Shown here: positions 9,886 through 19,640 of the stretch, in pieces
Numbering within the stretch: position 1 is the first letter of the stretch
Layout of the letters: each line of letters opens with the position of its first letter
NCBI GenBank assembly: GCA_902558105.1
Contig: CACECR010000001.1
Span: 985 to 64,984, forward strand
Source of the DNA: an uncultured Candidatus Marinamargulisbacteria bacterium
GTDB lineage: Bacteria; Margulisbacteria; Marinamargulisbacteria; UBA817; CACECR01
Direction of reading: 5' to 3'
Length of the DNA: 64,000 nt
Notes under the pieces: model-generated
Databases searched by the model: none
What the model was told of the DNA's origin: nothing
The model's input: only the letters and a program-made list of their open reading frames with translations
Position numbers and translations under genes: made by a program

Positions 9886-10203
9886 ATGTTAGATAAATTT
9901 AAAGATATGGGAAAATTATTAAAGCAGGCCAAAGAAATGCAAGGCCAGATGAAAGAAATTCAAAAAGAGTTAAAGTCTTTACGTGTTACCGAAGAAGCTG
10001 AAGGTGGAAAAATCAAAGTGACATTGACTGGTGATATGGATGTAGTTGAAGTAGTTGTTGATCCTTCATTAATGTCTACTGACCAACATTCAAAAGTTCA
10101 AAAAGCGTTAAAAGTTGTGATGGATAAAGCGATTAAAAAATCTAAAGATTTAGCGTCATCAAAGTTAGCGAAAATTTCTGGTGGACTTATCCCTGGAGCC
10201 TAA
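9886..10203 (+). CDS. ybaB: Nucleoid-associated protein YbaB/EbfC
   Basis: 105 aa, characteristic MQ...MQ..L....V.G.AGGG.VKVT.NG sequence. AAGGAG SD. Confidence 0.9.
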   Translation: MLDKFKDMGKLLKQAKEMQGQMKEIQKELKSLRVTEEAEGGKIKVTLTGDMDVVEVVVDPSLMSTDQHSKVQKALKVVMDKAIKKSKDLASSKLAKISGGLIPGA

Positions 10204-10801
10204 GAACGAGACAGATTCTCCAATAGCTGGTTTAGTTTCTCAATTTAAGAAATTACCAGGTGTTGGTGAAAAATCAGCTCAGCGATTGGCATTTTTTATT
10301 TTATCAATGTCGGAATCTGATGTGTCGACATTCTCTAGCGAGCTTGTCACCACTCGACGATCTATACAATATTGTTCCCATTGTTTTAGTATTTCTCGAC
10401 AGGAACAATGCCACATTTGTTTAGATCCCTCTCGTGATTTAGATCGTCTATGTATTGTTTCTGATCCCCAGGATGTGTTTTCGATAGAAAAAACAAAGTC
10501 ATTTCGTGGGGTCTATCATGTTTTAGGTGGTTTAATTTCTCCTTTAGATGGTGTGCATCCAGAAATGCTACGAATACCAGAGTTAGTAGCGAGGTTAAAA
10601 AAACACTCATATAAAGAGTTGATTTTAGCGATAAACTCTACAGTTGAAGGGGATGCAACCGTCATGTATTTGCAATCTATATTAAAATCATTTGAGGTAT
10701 CGATTAGTAAATTAGCCCATGGACTTCCGATGGGGGCTGATATAGATTATGCGGATGAACTTACCTTACAAAAAGCGTTGGAGGGTCGTATTTTATTATG
10801 A
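10181..10801 (+). CDS. recR: Recombination protein RecR
   Basis: HhH LPGVGEKSAQRLAFF, C4 zinc finger CSHC...CHIC, Toprim domain. The start may be slightly downstream of the listed ATG, which overlaps ybaB by 23 nt. Confidence 0.9.
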   Translation: MDLSLEPKNETDSPIAGLVSQFKKLPGVGEKSAQRLAFFILSMSESDVSTFSSELVTTRRSIQYCSHCFSISRQEQCHICLDPSRDLDRLCIVSDPQDVFSIEKTKSFRGVYHVLGGLISPLDGVHPEMLRIPELVARLKKHSYKELILAINSTVEGDATVMYLQSILKSFEVSISKLAHGLPMGADIDYADELTLQKALEGRILL

Positions 10802-12324
10802 GTCATGAAGAAACGATTGATTTAGAAGGAGATATTAATAAATTATTAGATGCATTGCCATTATTATTGTCGTCTAAAATAAGAGCTTTAGAGGAATATC
10901 TTGGAATTATTGAAATTGTTCTTGATTTGGGTGTAAAGCCTCAGGTTCGATTTTTAGACAGAGATATTCGCTTAACTGATTTATCGGATACCACCATTGA
11001 TGATATTAATTATATCGTATCTAGGTTAGGTTCTTTTAATTTAGATAACCGTGCGGGAATTGAACGCACGTTGCATCGAATTTCGGCTATTCGTAATCGT
11101 GCGGGTAAAATTTTGGGTTTAACATTGCGTGTTGGCCGGGCCATTTTGGGTAGTATTGAAATGATTTCAGATATTATTAAAGATGGAAAAAATATTTTAA
11201 TTTTAGGCGCACCGGGTGTTGGTAAAACAACGAAACTTCGTGAAGCGGCCCGATTTTTATCCGATGATATGCATAAAAGGGTGATGATTGTGGATACTTC
11301 TAATGAAATTGCTGGTGAGGGTGATATTTCTCATTCCGGTATTGGTACCGCTAGAAGAATGCAGGTCCCTCAACCGGATCATCAACATCATGTGATGATT
11401 GAAGCTGTTGAAAATCATATGCCAGAAGTGATTATTGTGGATGAAATTGGAACAGAAGAAGAAGCCAAGGCGTCACGAACAATTGCTGAGCGTGGCGTTC
11501 AGTTATTGGCAACCGCACATGGTCATACATTAGAAAACGTTATTAAGAATCCAACATTATCGGATTTATTGGGAGGTATTCAATCTGTAATTTTAGGTGA
11601 TGAAGAGGCGAAGTTTAGAGGAACTCAGAAAACAGTGTTGGAGCGAAAATCGTTACCGACTTTTGATGTATTGATTGAGCTTCGTGATCGCTTTACTATC
11701 GCCATTTATAATGATGTTCAGTCTAGTGTAGATAATTTTCTACGATCTGAGGATCATTTTCCTATTATTCGAGAGTTTATCAATAATGAATGGGTGACGA
11801 AAGAAGAGAATAGTTTAGAAGATGAAGAAGTTAAGGGGGCTAATGATTTATCGTTTGATCCTTCCGTTACTCATATTTTTCCATTTGGGTTAAATAAAGA
11901 GAAATTATCAATGGCCATTCATTCGTTAGGCGTGCCTGCTAAAATATCGCATACTATTGCACAAGCCGATTTAGTATTAGCTCCCAAATCTCAGGTAAAG
12001 CCCAAGTCTAAGTTGTCACAACTTACGAGTGGGCATGATCTTCCGCTGCATGTGATTAAGCGTAACTCAGGCAATGCCATTTTATCGTTTTTAAGATTTT
12101 ATTTTAAACTATCTTGTTCCGATGAGGATTTAATGGAAGAAGCGACACGTGAAATTCATAAAATATGTACGAAGGTGATGGCTGAAAAACAAATGCTTGA
12201 AGCGGATCCTCACCCTGCGGATATTCGTAAATTACAACATGAATATGCTGAAGAATGTGGATTAAACTCCATGAGTGTTGGTTCTGAACCCAATCGACGT
12301 GTACGTGTATATCCAGGTGCTTAA
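10798..12324 (+). CDS. AAA ATPase of the SpoIIIAA/Ycf45 (R3H-associated) family
   Basis: Walker A ILILGAPGVGKTTKLRE, Walker B VIIVDEIG, ATAHGH sensor motif; 508 aa. Start overlaps the recR stop (ATGA) and the stop overlaps the tmk start. Confidence 0.6.
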   Translation: MSHEETIDLEGDINKLLDALPLLLSSKIRALEEYLGIIEIVLDLGVKPQVRFLDRDIRLTDLSDTTIDDINYIVSRLGSFNLDNRAGIERTLHRISAIRNRAGKILGLTLRVGRAILGSIEMISDIIKDGKNILILGAPGVGKTTKLREAARFLSDDMHKRVMIVDTSNEIAGEGDISHSGIGTARRMQVPQPDHQHHVMIEAVENHMPEVIIVDEIGTEEEAKASRTIAERGVQLLATAHGHTLENVIKNPTLSDLLGGIQSVILGDEEAKFRGTQKTVLERKSLPTFDVLIELRDRFTIAIYNDVQSSVDNFLRSEDHFPIIREFINNEWVTKEENSLEDEEVKGANDLSFDPSVTHIFPFGLNKEKLSMAIHSLGVPAKISHTIAQADLVLAPKSQVKPKSKLSQLTSGHDLPLHVIKRNSGNAILSFLRFYFKLSCSDEDLMEEATREIHKICTKVMAEKQMLEADPHPADIRKLQHEYAEECGLNSMSVGSEPNRRVRVYPGA

Positions 12325-12938
12325 TGTTTATAAGTTTTGAAGGTATTGAAGGGGCGGGTAAATCAACTCAAATTAAGCGTTTAGCCACTTATTTAGAAAG
12401 TTTTGGATATGAGGTTTTAGTAACTTTTGAACCTGGCGCGACTCATTTTGGTGCGTCTTTACGAAAAGTTTTGCTGGATACTGATACCCAATTAACGGAC
12501 CCTGTTGCGGAAACATGTTTATTTATTGCGGATCGTTTGGAGCACATTTCTCAAGTAATCAAGCCGGCTTTAGATCGAGGTGCTATTGTTTTAACTGACC
12601 GTTTTTTAGACTCTACGATTGCCTATCAGTGTGGCGGGCGTCAGTTGTCAGAAGCGTCTCTTCAGCCTTTATTTGATTTGATTTTAATCTCTCCAGATCT
12701 TACTATTTTACTAGATACGGATCCTAATGAAGGGTTAAGGCGAGCAAAAGCTAGAGCCGCTTTGGATCGTTTTGAGCAAGAGAACTTTTCTTTTCATGAG
12801 CGAGTACGGTCTACTTTTATTGATATTGCTGATCGTTCACAGGATCGTGTGCACGTATTATCGGTTGATGGTCTTTCTATTGACGAGGTGTTTGAGTCGG
12901 TTAAGATAGTGGTAGATGAAAAGATAAATAGGAGATAG
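12324..12938 (+). CDS. tmk: Thymidylate kinase
   Basis: FISFEGIEGAGKST P-loop, DRF motif, 204 aa. Confidence 0.9.
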   Translation: MFISFEGIEGAGKSTQIKRLATYLESFGYEVLVTFEPGATHFGASLRKVLLDTDTQLTDPVAETCLFIADRLEHISQVIKPALDRGAIVLTDRFLDSTIAYQCGGRQLSEASLQPLFDLILISPDLTILLDTDPNEGLRRAKARAALDRFEQENFSFHERVRSTFIDIADRSQDRVHVLSVDGLSIDEVFESVKIVVDEKINRR

Positions 12939-12942
12939 CCTG

Positions 12943-13674
12943 ATGAAAGTAATTGTTAATGGATCGAAAGGCCGAATGGGGTCGGAGTCTGTTAAAGCAA
13001 TTTTGGCTGAATCGGATTTGGAGTTAGTTTCTGAGGCGGATCGAGGCGATGATCTAGAGTTTTTATGTACTAAATTTCAACCTGATGTTGTGTTAGATTT
13101 TACTACTCCAGATGTAGTCTATGACAACTGTGTTACAATTTTGAACTCAGGAGCGTCGGCACTAGTGGGCACAACCGGATTGTCTGACGAGGAACAAGCC
13201 CAACTTCACCAAATGGCACTTGAAAAAAAAGCGTCGGTTTTAATATGCCCTAATTTTGCCATTGGTGCGGTTTTAATGATGAAATTTGCAGCGGAGGCTT
13301 CTCAATATATGCCTCGGGTTGAAATAATTGAGTATCATCATGATCAAAAGTTAGATGCACCCTCGGGTACCGCCATTAAGACGGCTGACTTAATAGCCGA
13401 AAAGAATCCCAACGTAAATTCTGGTGATACAGTTGATGAGCAGGAGCTGATAGAAGGCTCTAGAGGTGGTTCTAGGCATAATATTCCTATTCATTCCGTA
13501 CGTCTTCCTGGGTATGTTGCGTCACAACGTGTGATATTGGGTGGAGTGGGTCAGACCTTAACCTTATCTCATGACACTATTCATCGAAATTCTTTTATGC
13601 CTGGGGTTGTCTTAGCTATTCGTAAAATGTCTAGCTTTAAAGGCTTACAGTATGGTCTAGAAACCGTTATGTAA
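12943..13674 (+). CDS. dapB: 4-hydroxy-tetrahydrodipicolinate reductase
   Basis: EIIEYHHDQKLDAPSGTA DapB signature, N-terminal Rossmann GxxGRMG. Confidence 0.85.
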   Translation: MKVIVNGSKGRMGSESVKAILAESDLELVSEADRGDDLEFLCTKFQPDVVLDFTTPDVVYDNCVTILNSGASALVGTTGLSDEEQAQLHQMALEKKASVLICPNFAIGAVLMMKFAAEASQYMPRVEIIEYHHDQKLDAPSGTAIKTADLIAEKNPNVNSGDTVDEQELIEGSRGGSRHNIPIHSVRLPGYVASQRVILGGVGQTLTLSHDTIHRNSFMPGVVLAIRKMSSFKGLQYGLETVM

Positions 13675-13715
13675 CAGTGTTATAATGGTGACGTTAAATT
13701 TGAAAGGGACTTATA

Positions 13716-14720
13716 ATGAAAAAATATAAAGTAGCTGTTGTTGGTGCAACTGGAGTTGTCGGAAAAGAAATTACAGATACTTTATATCAACGAAAGTTTC
13801 CAGTTGATTCAATAAAATTATTAGCTTCTAAAAATTCAGTTGGACAGTGTCTACCTTTCGGTAATGACGAAATCGATGTTGAGGAGCTCGTGGAGACTTC
13901 TTTTAATGATGTTGATTACGCGTTGTTTTCTGCAGGTGGTTCGATTAGTGAAAAATTTTGTCCATTTGCTGTAAAGTCGGGTGCTGTGTGTATTGATAAT
14001 ACGTCTCATTTTAGAATGGTGGATGGGGTTCCTTTAGTTGTTCCTGAAGTTAACCCAGAGTCTGCATTTTCTCATAAGGGTATTATTGCGAATCCCAATT
14101 GTTCGACAGCTCAGCTTGTTCTACCATTGAAAGTGTTGCATGATCACTATGGTATTGAACGCATTGTGGTATCGACTTACCAATCCGTTTCGGGTGCTGG
14201 TAAAGAAGGTATTACGGAACTTGAGCAGCAGTCACGAGCGAATTTATCTGGTCAGGATATCCCACCGTCTGTTTTTCAGCACCATATTGCGTATAATGTG
14301 ATTCCTCAAATTGATGTGTTTCAAGATAATGGATACACAAAAGAAGAGATGAAGATGATCAATGAAACGAAAAAAATCTTAAATGACGACTCTATTAAGA
14401 TGACCGCCACAACTGTCAGAGTGCCTGTCTTTGTCGGTCATTCAGAGTCAGTGAATGTTCAGTTGAAATCAGCGTTTAAATTAGACGACGTTCGCCAACT
14501 AATGTCAGATATGTCAGGGGTAACGGTACAGGATGATCCTGCAAACTCTGTGTATCCAACACCCCGTGATTCAGCTGGAAAAGATGATGTCTTTGTTGGA
14601 CGTTTTCGCCATGATTTATCCATTGAAAATGGTTTAGAGTTTTGGTGTGTAAGTGATAACCTTAGAAAAGGTGCGGCATTAAATGCTGTCCAAATTGCTG
14701 AAACGCTCATCAACGTATAA
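13716..14720 (+). CDS. asd: Aspartate-semialdehyde dehydrogenase
   Basis: VAVVGATGVVG Rossmann motif, active-site NCSTA, 334 aa. Confidence 0.9.
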   Translation: MKKYKVAVVGATGVVGKEITDTLYQRKFPVDSIKLLASKNSVGQCLPFGNDEIDVEELVETSFNDVDYALFSAGGSISEKFCPFAVKSGAVCIDNTSHFRMVDGVPLVVPEVNPESAFSHKGIIANPNCSTAQLVLPLKVLHDHYGIERIVVSTYQSVSGAGKEGITELEQQSRANLSGQDIPPSVFQHHIAYNVIPQIDVFQDNGYTKEEMKMINETKKILNDDSIKMTATTVRVPVFVGHSESVNVQLKSAFKLDDVRQLMSDMSGVTVQDDPANSVYPTPRDSAGKDDVFVGRFRHDLSIENGLEFWCVSDNLRKGAALNAVQIAETLINV

Positions 14721-15312
14721 GGCCTTAGATCGAGAGGCTTACTATGATGCCTTAGCCTCAAAGTTTTCGGACCCTGCATTGGCTTCGGGTTGGATCAACT
14801 CACATACTCAATTTTCTCGATTTCAAGTTTTGTCGATGCTATCAGATTTTACAGGATCATCGGTTTTGGATCTAGGATGTGGTGTTGGTACGTTTGTTGA
14901 GTATTTACGGCAAGAGAACTTGTCCTGTGATTATATGGGCGTTGATTCTAGTTCTAAAATGATTGAATCGGCCAGAAAACGATTTCCAGATAAGGTGTTT
15001 AAACAAATCGACTTTTTAAATGAGGATTTTTTTATGGAATCTGATTATGTCATCGCATCAGGGCTTTTAAGTTATCGGGTACCTGACCCAAACGCTTTCT
15101 TAGAATCGTCTATTTATAAAATGTTTCGGATGGCGTCAAAAGGACTTGCGTTTAATTGTTTGTCATCGGTTAATGACGAGTCTTCACGATTAATGAGTTT
15201 TGATCCTTCTGAAGTGTTTAATTTATGTCGTCAATGGACTCCTTACGTCTCATTACATCATCATTATTTATTAAATGATTTCACTGTTTATATGTATCCG
15301 TTTCATCAGTAG
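14683..15312 (+). CDS. Class I SAM-dependent methyltransferase
   Basis: Motif I VLDLGCGVGTF. The listed ATG overlaps the asd 3' end by 38 nt, and no in-frame ATG occurs after the asd stop until much later. The exact start is uncertain. Confidence 0.6.
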   Translation: MLSKLLKRSSTYKALDREAYYDALASKFSDPALASGWINSHTQFSRFQVLSMLSDFTGSSVLDLGCGVGTFVEYLRQENLSCDYMGVDSSSKMIESARKRFPDKVFKQIDFLNEDFFMESDYVIASGLLSYRVPDPNAFLESSIYKMFRMASKGLAFNCLSSVNDESSRLMSFDPSEVFNLCRQWTPYVSLHHHYLLNDFTVYMYPFHQ

Positions 15313-16750
15313 CACTATATTTTTTTATTGTTTGATTAAGCTTATTTAATGCGGTTTTTAGGTCTTCTTGATGTTTTTTGAATGGTTTGTAATATTGATA
15401 GCTAATCATTATGAGTTCTAATTCTTTTGGTGTTTTGTAAAATTGTTTTGATTCGATAGGTGTGTCTTCTGGGTTATTGATATAATGATCAATATATTGG
15501 GTATTTTTTTTTATTTCCCAAAGCAATTGTTTTAATTTTAATTCCTCTATGATGTGAGTATTCGATTTGTCTAAAGATGTTTTTGGCTTTTTATCAGAGC
15601 TATTGTGCTTAGTGATTTGTGAATGAATGTTTAGTAGTCCTGTTGTGATTAGGCCATTAGTAGTGGGTATATTATTTTGAACGCTCCAAATGGTCGATAG
15701 TACTTTTAGTAGTGTTTCTTCTTGTATGTCAAAATGCTTGTTGGCTTTTTCATAGCTTTTTTTCAGTTCTTTGGAGCGATAGTTTTCCTTTAATTTTAAG
15801 TCGAGCTTATTGCCTAATTTTTCAAAGTCTTGAAAAAACATCTGGATAGTTTCGTTAAGCTCATTAATGTTGCTAGTACTTATTTTTTCAAAGTTATTTT
15901 CGCTAGGAATAATAGCGAAGTCGGTGTTTGTTTCTTGAAAAGCTATTAGACCTTGAATTGTTTTATCGATCGCGATTTGTTTGTCAAATTTTTCTCTAAG
16001 TTTAAAAAGCGGTGGGGTGATTTTGTTGTAGTTTTTCCATAGTGATTTGCTTTCTTTTTTTACGGTTTTAATGGTTCTTTTTTCACTAAGTTTTATGTAT
16101 TTTTCATGGGATGAGTCGAATTCTTTTATAGAAGGCAATGGGCCTAGTTTGTCTTTAAAGTTTTCTTTAGTGATCGATTCTACTGAAACTACATTTAATG
16201 AACTAATAATGGGAACGAGTGTTTTAGAAAAATCGAATAGCTTTAAACTATCTGAAAGTAGAATTGTTTCTTTAATTTCATCTTTGTTTATGGTTTCTAG
16301 TTTATTAATTGTAGTATTTTCGCTTATTAATTTTTCTAGTACATAACTATTATGGCTACTTATTTTATTTGTGAGTAAGAATAATTCGGTTTCTTCATTA
16401 AATTGATTGAGTAGTTTTTGCTCTAGTTCGTTTAATTGAGTTGTTGCGTGATCAAATGCGGCTTCTAATTCATTTGTTTTGTAATTATAGCTTAGATTTT
16501 TTTCATAATCTTTAGTGGCGTCTTTATAGATTAATTGAAATGGTTTTAATTCGGATAAGGTTAATGTTGAATCTAAAGAAAATTTGCTGAGTATTTTTAT
16601 GGATTTGTTAATATCATTACGAATAATCGAAATATCTTCAGTATCATCGGTTTCATTTTCAGAGTAAAATGCTTTATGACTTTCTTCGCTACAACAAGTG
16701 AAGAAAATGCAGACAATCATAAATAGTATATTTAGTTTTTTTTGTACCAT
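15281..16750 (-). CDS. Hypothetical coiled-coil lipoprotein
   Basis: ATG at 16750 preceded by GAGGT; the listed ORF begins at an upstream TTG. Signal peptide with lipobox-like FFTCC. Sequence is K/E/N-rich and predicted helical. No recognisable domain. Confidence 0.5.
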   Translation of the reverse strand: MVQKKLNILFMIVCIFFTCCSEESHKAFYSENETDDTEDISIIRNDINKSIKILSKFSLDSTLTLSELKPFQLIYKDATKDYEKNLSYNYKTNELEAAFDHATTQLNELEQKLLNQFNEETELFLLTNKISSHNSYVLEKLISENTTINKLETINKDEIKETILLSDSLKLFDFSKTLVPIISSLNVVSVESITKENFKDKLGPLPSIKEFDSSHEKYIKLSEKRTIKTVKKESKSLWKNYNKITPPLFKLREKFDKQIAIDKTIQGLIAFQETNTDFAIIPSENNFEKISTSNINELNETIQMFFQDFEKLGNKLDLKLKENYRSKELKKSYEKANKHFDIQEETLLKVLSTIWSVQNNIPTTNGLITTGLLNIHSQITKHNSSDKKPKTSLDKSNTHIIEELKLKQLLWEIKKNTQYIDHYINNPEDTPIESKQFYKTPKELELIMISYQYYKPFKKHQEDLKTALNKLNQTIKKYSATDETDTYKQ

Positions 16751-16822
16751 AATACTAGTATACCTCAATCTTATTTTACCCTCTATCTTTAATAAATGTT
16801 TGTTTTTATGTAGACTATAGAT

Positions 16823-17632
16823 ATGTTATCAAATGAGTTTAAAATTGGATTTGTAGGGTTAGGCCGAATGGGGTCTGCACTTTTAAATGGTTTTCTAGAA
16901 TCTGGTTTAGAGAATAAAAATGTTTGTTTTGTAGAAACTGACTTGGACAAACAACGTGTTCTCTCGAAGGAATTTGGGATAGATAACGTTACGCTAAAAG
17001 AATTAATAATGAGCGTCGATATTTTGTTTTTATGTATCAAACCTCAAGGTGTTTCTGCTTTTTTAGAGGAAGTTTCTGCTTATTTACCTTCACGTTTATG
17101 TATAGTTAGTGTATGTGCGGGTGTTCGTTTAACTACTTTGCAATCTGTACATCACCCACAGCCAGTAATTAGGGTCATGCCTAATACACCTGTTATGGTG
17201 GGTGTGGGTGTTTCGGCCTATTCAGCTAGTGAAAATGTTTTAGATTCTCACTTAACGTTTGTAACGCAACTCTTGGAATCTGTTGGAATGGTTGTTTCAG
17301 TTGAAGAATCTCAATTAGATGCTATTACCGGCCTGAGTGGCAGTGGGCCTGCGTTTGTTTATCAATTAATTAATAGTGTTGCACAATCGGTTCAAGAGGA
17401 TGGTATAAAGTATGAGGATGCTGTACAAATAGCTGCTCAAACATTTTTAGGTGCTGCTCAAATGATACGTCAAACGGCTAGATTGCCTCAAGAATTAACG
17501 GATGAGGTGACATCACCGAATGGGACTACGGCGGCTGGACTTTCTGTATTTGAGTCTGAGGATATTCATTCGTCACTTCAATCGGTGATACGATCCGCTA
17601 TTAATCGTTCAATTGAATTGTCAAAGGAGTAA
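16823..17632 (+). CDS. proC: Pyrroline-5-carboxylate reductase
   Basis: N-terminal GFVGLGRMGSAL Rossmann motif and C-terminal ProC dimerisation-domain conservation (TSPNGTTAAGL). Confidence 0.85.
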   Translation: MLSNEFKIGFVGLGRMGSALLNGFLESGLENKNVCFVETDLDKQRVLSKEFGIDNVTLKELIMSVDILFLCIKPQGVSAFLEEVSAYLPSRLCIVSVCAGVRLTTLQSVHHPQPVIRVMPNTPVMVGVGVSAYSASENVLDSHLTFVTQLLESVGMVVSVEESQLDAITGLSGSGPAFVYQLINSVAQSVQEDGIKYEDAVQIAAQTFLGAAQMIRQTARLPQELTDEVTSPNGTTAAGLSVFESEDIHSSLQSVIRSAINRSIELSKE

Positions 17633-17633
17633 T

Positions 17634-17888
17634 ATGATCGTGATTGCCAATGTTATTTATTTATTGTTTAAGGTTCTTTATTGGGCGTTATTAATTCGTG
17701 TCTTATTGTCTTGGTTCCCACATGACAGGCATCATCCAATTATTTCATATTTGTACTCTATTACAGACCCGATTTTGGATCCGTTTAAACGTCTTGTTCC
17801 AAGTACAATGGGTATTGATTTTTCACCAATATTTGCATTCTTTGCATTAAGCTTTTTAGAGCAATTTGTTTTTCGAGTTTTGTTTTAA
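17634..17888 (+). CDS. yggT: YggT family membrane protein
   Basis: Hydrophobic 84-aa protein (LLIRVLLSWFP) immediately after proC, the common proC-yggT arrangement. AAGGAG SD before the ATG at 17634. Confidence 0.7.
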   Translation: MIVIANVIYLLFKVLYWALLIRVLLSWFPHDRHHPIISYLYSITDPILDPFKRLVPSTMGIDFSPIFAFFALSFLEQFVFRVLF

Positions 17889-17916
17889 TTTTTCGATGTG
17901 TTTGGATTTATTTTCT

Positions 17917-18543
17917 TTAAACCCTTACTTGATTTTTCCAGAAGTCGACTAAGACTCTAACCGTATTTTCTAAATTTGATTGATCTAGCTTAAGTGTTTT
18001 TCTTTGTGGTGCTTGCACGTTTTGTTTTCCTTGATTTTTCCAAAATTTTACTAAGTTATGGAAATAATATGTATTAGTTGATTTTTGTCGTGGTCTTTTG
18101 CGTGTTCGTTGCAGTGTTTTAAGTTCTTCTAAATTTGTACAAGCTTTAGGTTCTTCTTTTTTTATTATACCGTCTTCTCTTAAAAAGCTTTTTATAGTCT
18201 CTTTTTCTATTCTATTTACCATTTTTGTATATTTTCTACAATTTTCAGGTATGGGTTGGTGACATGCATTTATAGCAAGTTGAGGAGTCTCTATACTTTG
18301 TTCTCTAAGATTTATTTCTTTTTTAATGCTTATAAAATTATCTTCAATACATTTGAAAATTTCAGTAGTTTCAGTACTAGAGGGTGTTTTAGAGCGGTTT
18401 AGAATTTGATTTCTATAAGCGTTTGTTAATTCTCTATTAGGCATTAATTGTTTTAAAGACTTTACCATTGAATAGACATGTCGTGAAAAGTCTATTTTGG
18501 TATCGTCACTTAATTGAGTTATAGCTATTTTTTTATACATCAT
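17917..18543 (-). CDS. Hypothetical basic protein
   Basis: 208 aa with no signal peptide. Duplicated FWKNQ motif near the C-terminus and a basic RKRPRQK patch. No recognisable domain. Confidence 0.45.
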   Translation of the reverse strand: MMYKKIAITQLSDDTKIDFSRHVYSMVKSLKQLMPNRELTNAYRNQILNRSKTPSSTETTEIFKCIEDNFISIKKEINLREQSIETPQLAINACHQPIPENCRKYTKMVNRIEKETIKSFLREDGIIKKEEPKACTNLEELKTLQRTRKRPRQKSTNTYYFHNLVKFWKNQGKQNVQAPQRKTLKLDQSNLENTVRVLVDFWKNQVRV

Positions 18544-18641
18544 GCCCTAAAATTTTATTTAATTTTATTATATTTTTTATATTCATTCAAGTATATTATA
18601 TTTGGTATAAAAAAAATGGTGTGCATGATAAAATAAGAGCT

Positions 18642-19640
18642 ATGATATTATCAATTGAAACTTCATGTGATGAAACAGCTGTTGCTATTTTAAAAGATGG
18701 GGTGGTGCTGTCTTCTGTCATTGCGTCTCAAATTAAATGGCATAAGCGGTTTGGTGGTGTAGTTCCTGAACTGGCGTCACGTATGCATGCAGAAAAAATT
18801 CATGGAATTATTCAAGACTCTTTAAATCAAGCTTCGGTTTCACTAGATCAACTCGACTCTATTGCTGTTACTTATGGCCCTGGTTTGGAAGGGGCGTTAT
18901 TGGTGGGTATTGCAGCGGCTAAAACGCTTGGCATGTCACTGCAAAAACCTGTCATTCCAATTAATCATTTGCATGGCCATATTTATTCTGCATTTATTGA
19001 TGCTAAGACACCCTTACAATTTCCTTGTATTTGCTTACTAGTGTCAGGGGGCCATACTATGTTAGTTCTCTTGAAGGATCACTTTGATTTTCAATTATTA
19101 GGTAGTACTCGTGATGATGCGTGTGGAGAAGCGTTTGATAAAGTAGCTCGTGTGATGGGACTTTCCTATCCTGGAGGTCCAATTATAGAAAAAATAGCTT
19201 TAGAGGGTGATGCTTCACGTTATGATTTTCCACGAGCGATGAAGCATAGTCCGTATGAATTTAGTTTTTCAGGTTTAAAAACAGCGGTATCTCAACTTTG
19301 TCAGTCTCTAGGTGACGATTTAGAACAAGAGAAACCGCATGTTGCAGCAAGTTTTCAAGCGGCTGTTTCAGATACTTTAGTAACGAAAGCTATTAAAGCG
19401 TGTGAGAACTTTAATGTGTCACAACTACTAGTTTGTGGGGGTGTTATGGCTAATCGTGTATTAGCGACGTCTTTTCATGCTCAATGTGATGTTAAAGGTA
19501 TTTCATTAAGTGTTCCGCCATTATCGTATTGTACGGATAATGCGGCAATGATTGGAATGGCGGCGCATCATTACTTGCAGCGATTTGAGGTCCCTGATTC
19601 GTTTTATGTGACACCTCAACTCTCTGTGGAATCGTTATGA
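18642..19640 (+). CDS. tsaD: tRNA N6-adenosine threonylcarbamoyltransferase TsaD
   Basis: MILSIETSCDET start (conserved GIETSCD) and HxxGH-type metal site (HLHGH). An upstream in-frame ATG exists at 18621. Confidence 0.9.
   Translation: MILSIETSCDETAVAILKDGVVLSSVIASQIKWHKRFGGVVPELASRMHAEKIHGIIQDSLNQASVSLDQLDSIAVTYGPGLEGALLVGIAAAKTLGMSLQKPVIPINHLHGHIYSAFIDAKTPLQFPCICLLVSGGHTMLVLLKDHFDFQLLGSTRDDACGEAFDKVARVMGLSYPGGPIIEKIALEGDASRYDFPRAMKHSPYEFSFSGLKTAVSQLCQSLGDDLEQEKPHVAASFQAAVSDTLVTKAIKACENFNVSQLLVCGGVMANRVLATSFHAQCDVKGISLSVPPLSYCTDNAAMIGMAAHHYLQRFEVPDSFYVTPQLSVESL

Noticed and set aside
16789-17040. 83-aa minus-strand ORF overlapping the proC start
   Set aside because: It overlaps the strongly supported proC N-terminus and has low-complexity composition. 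It is most likely non-coding.
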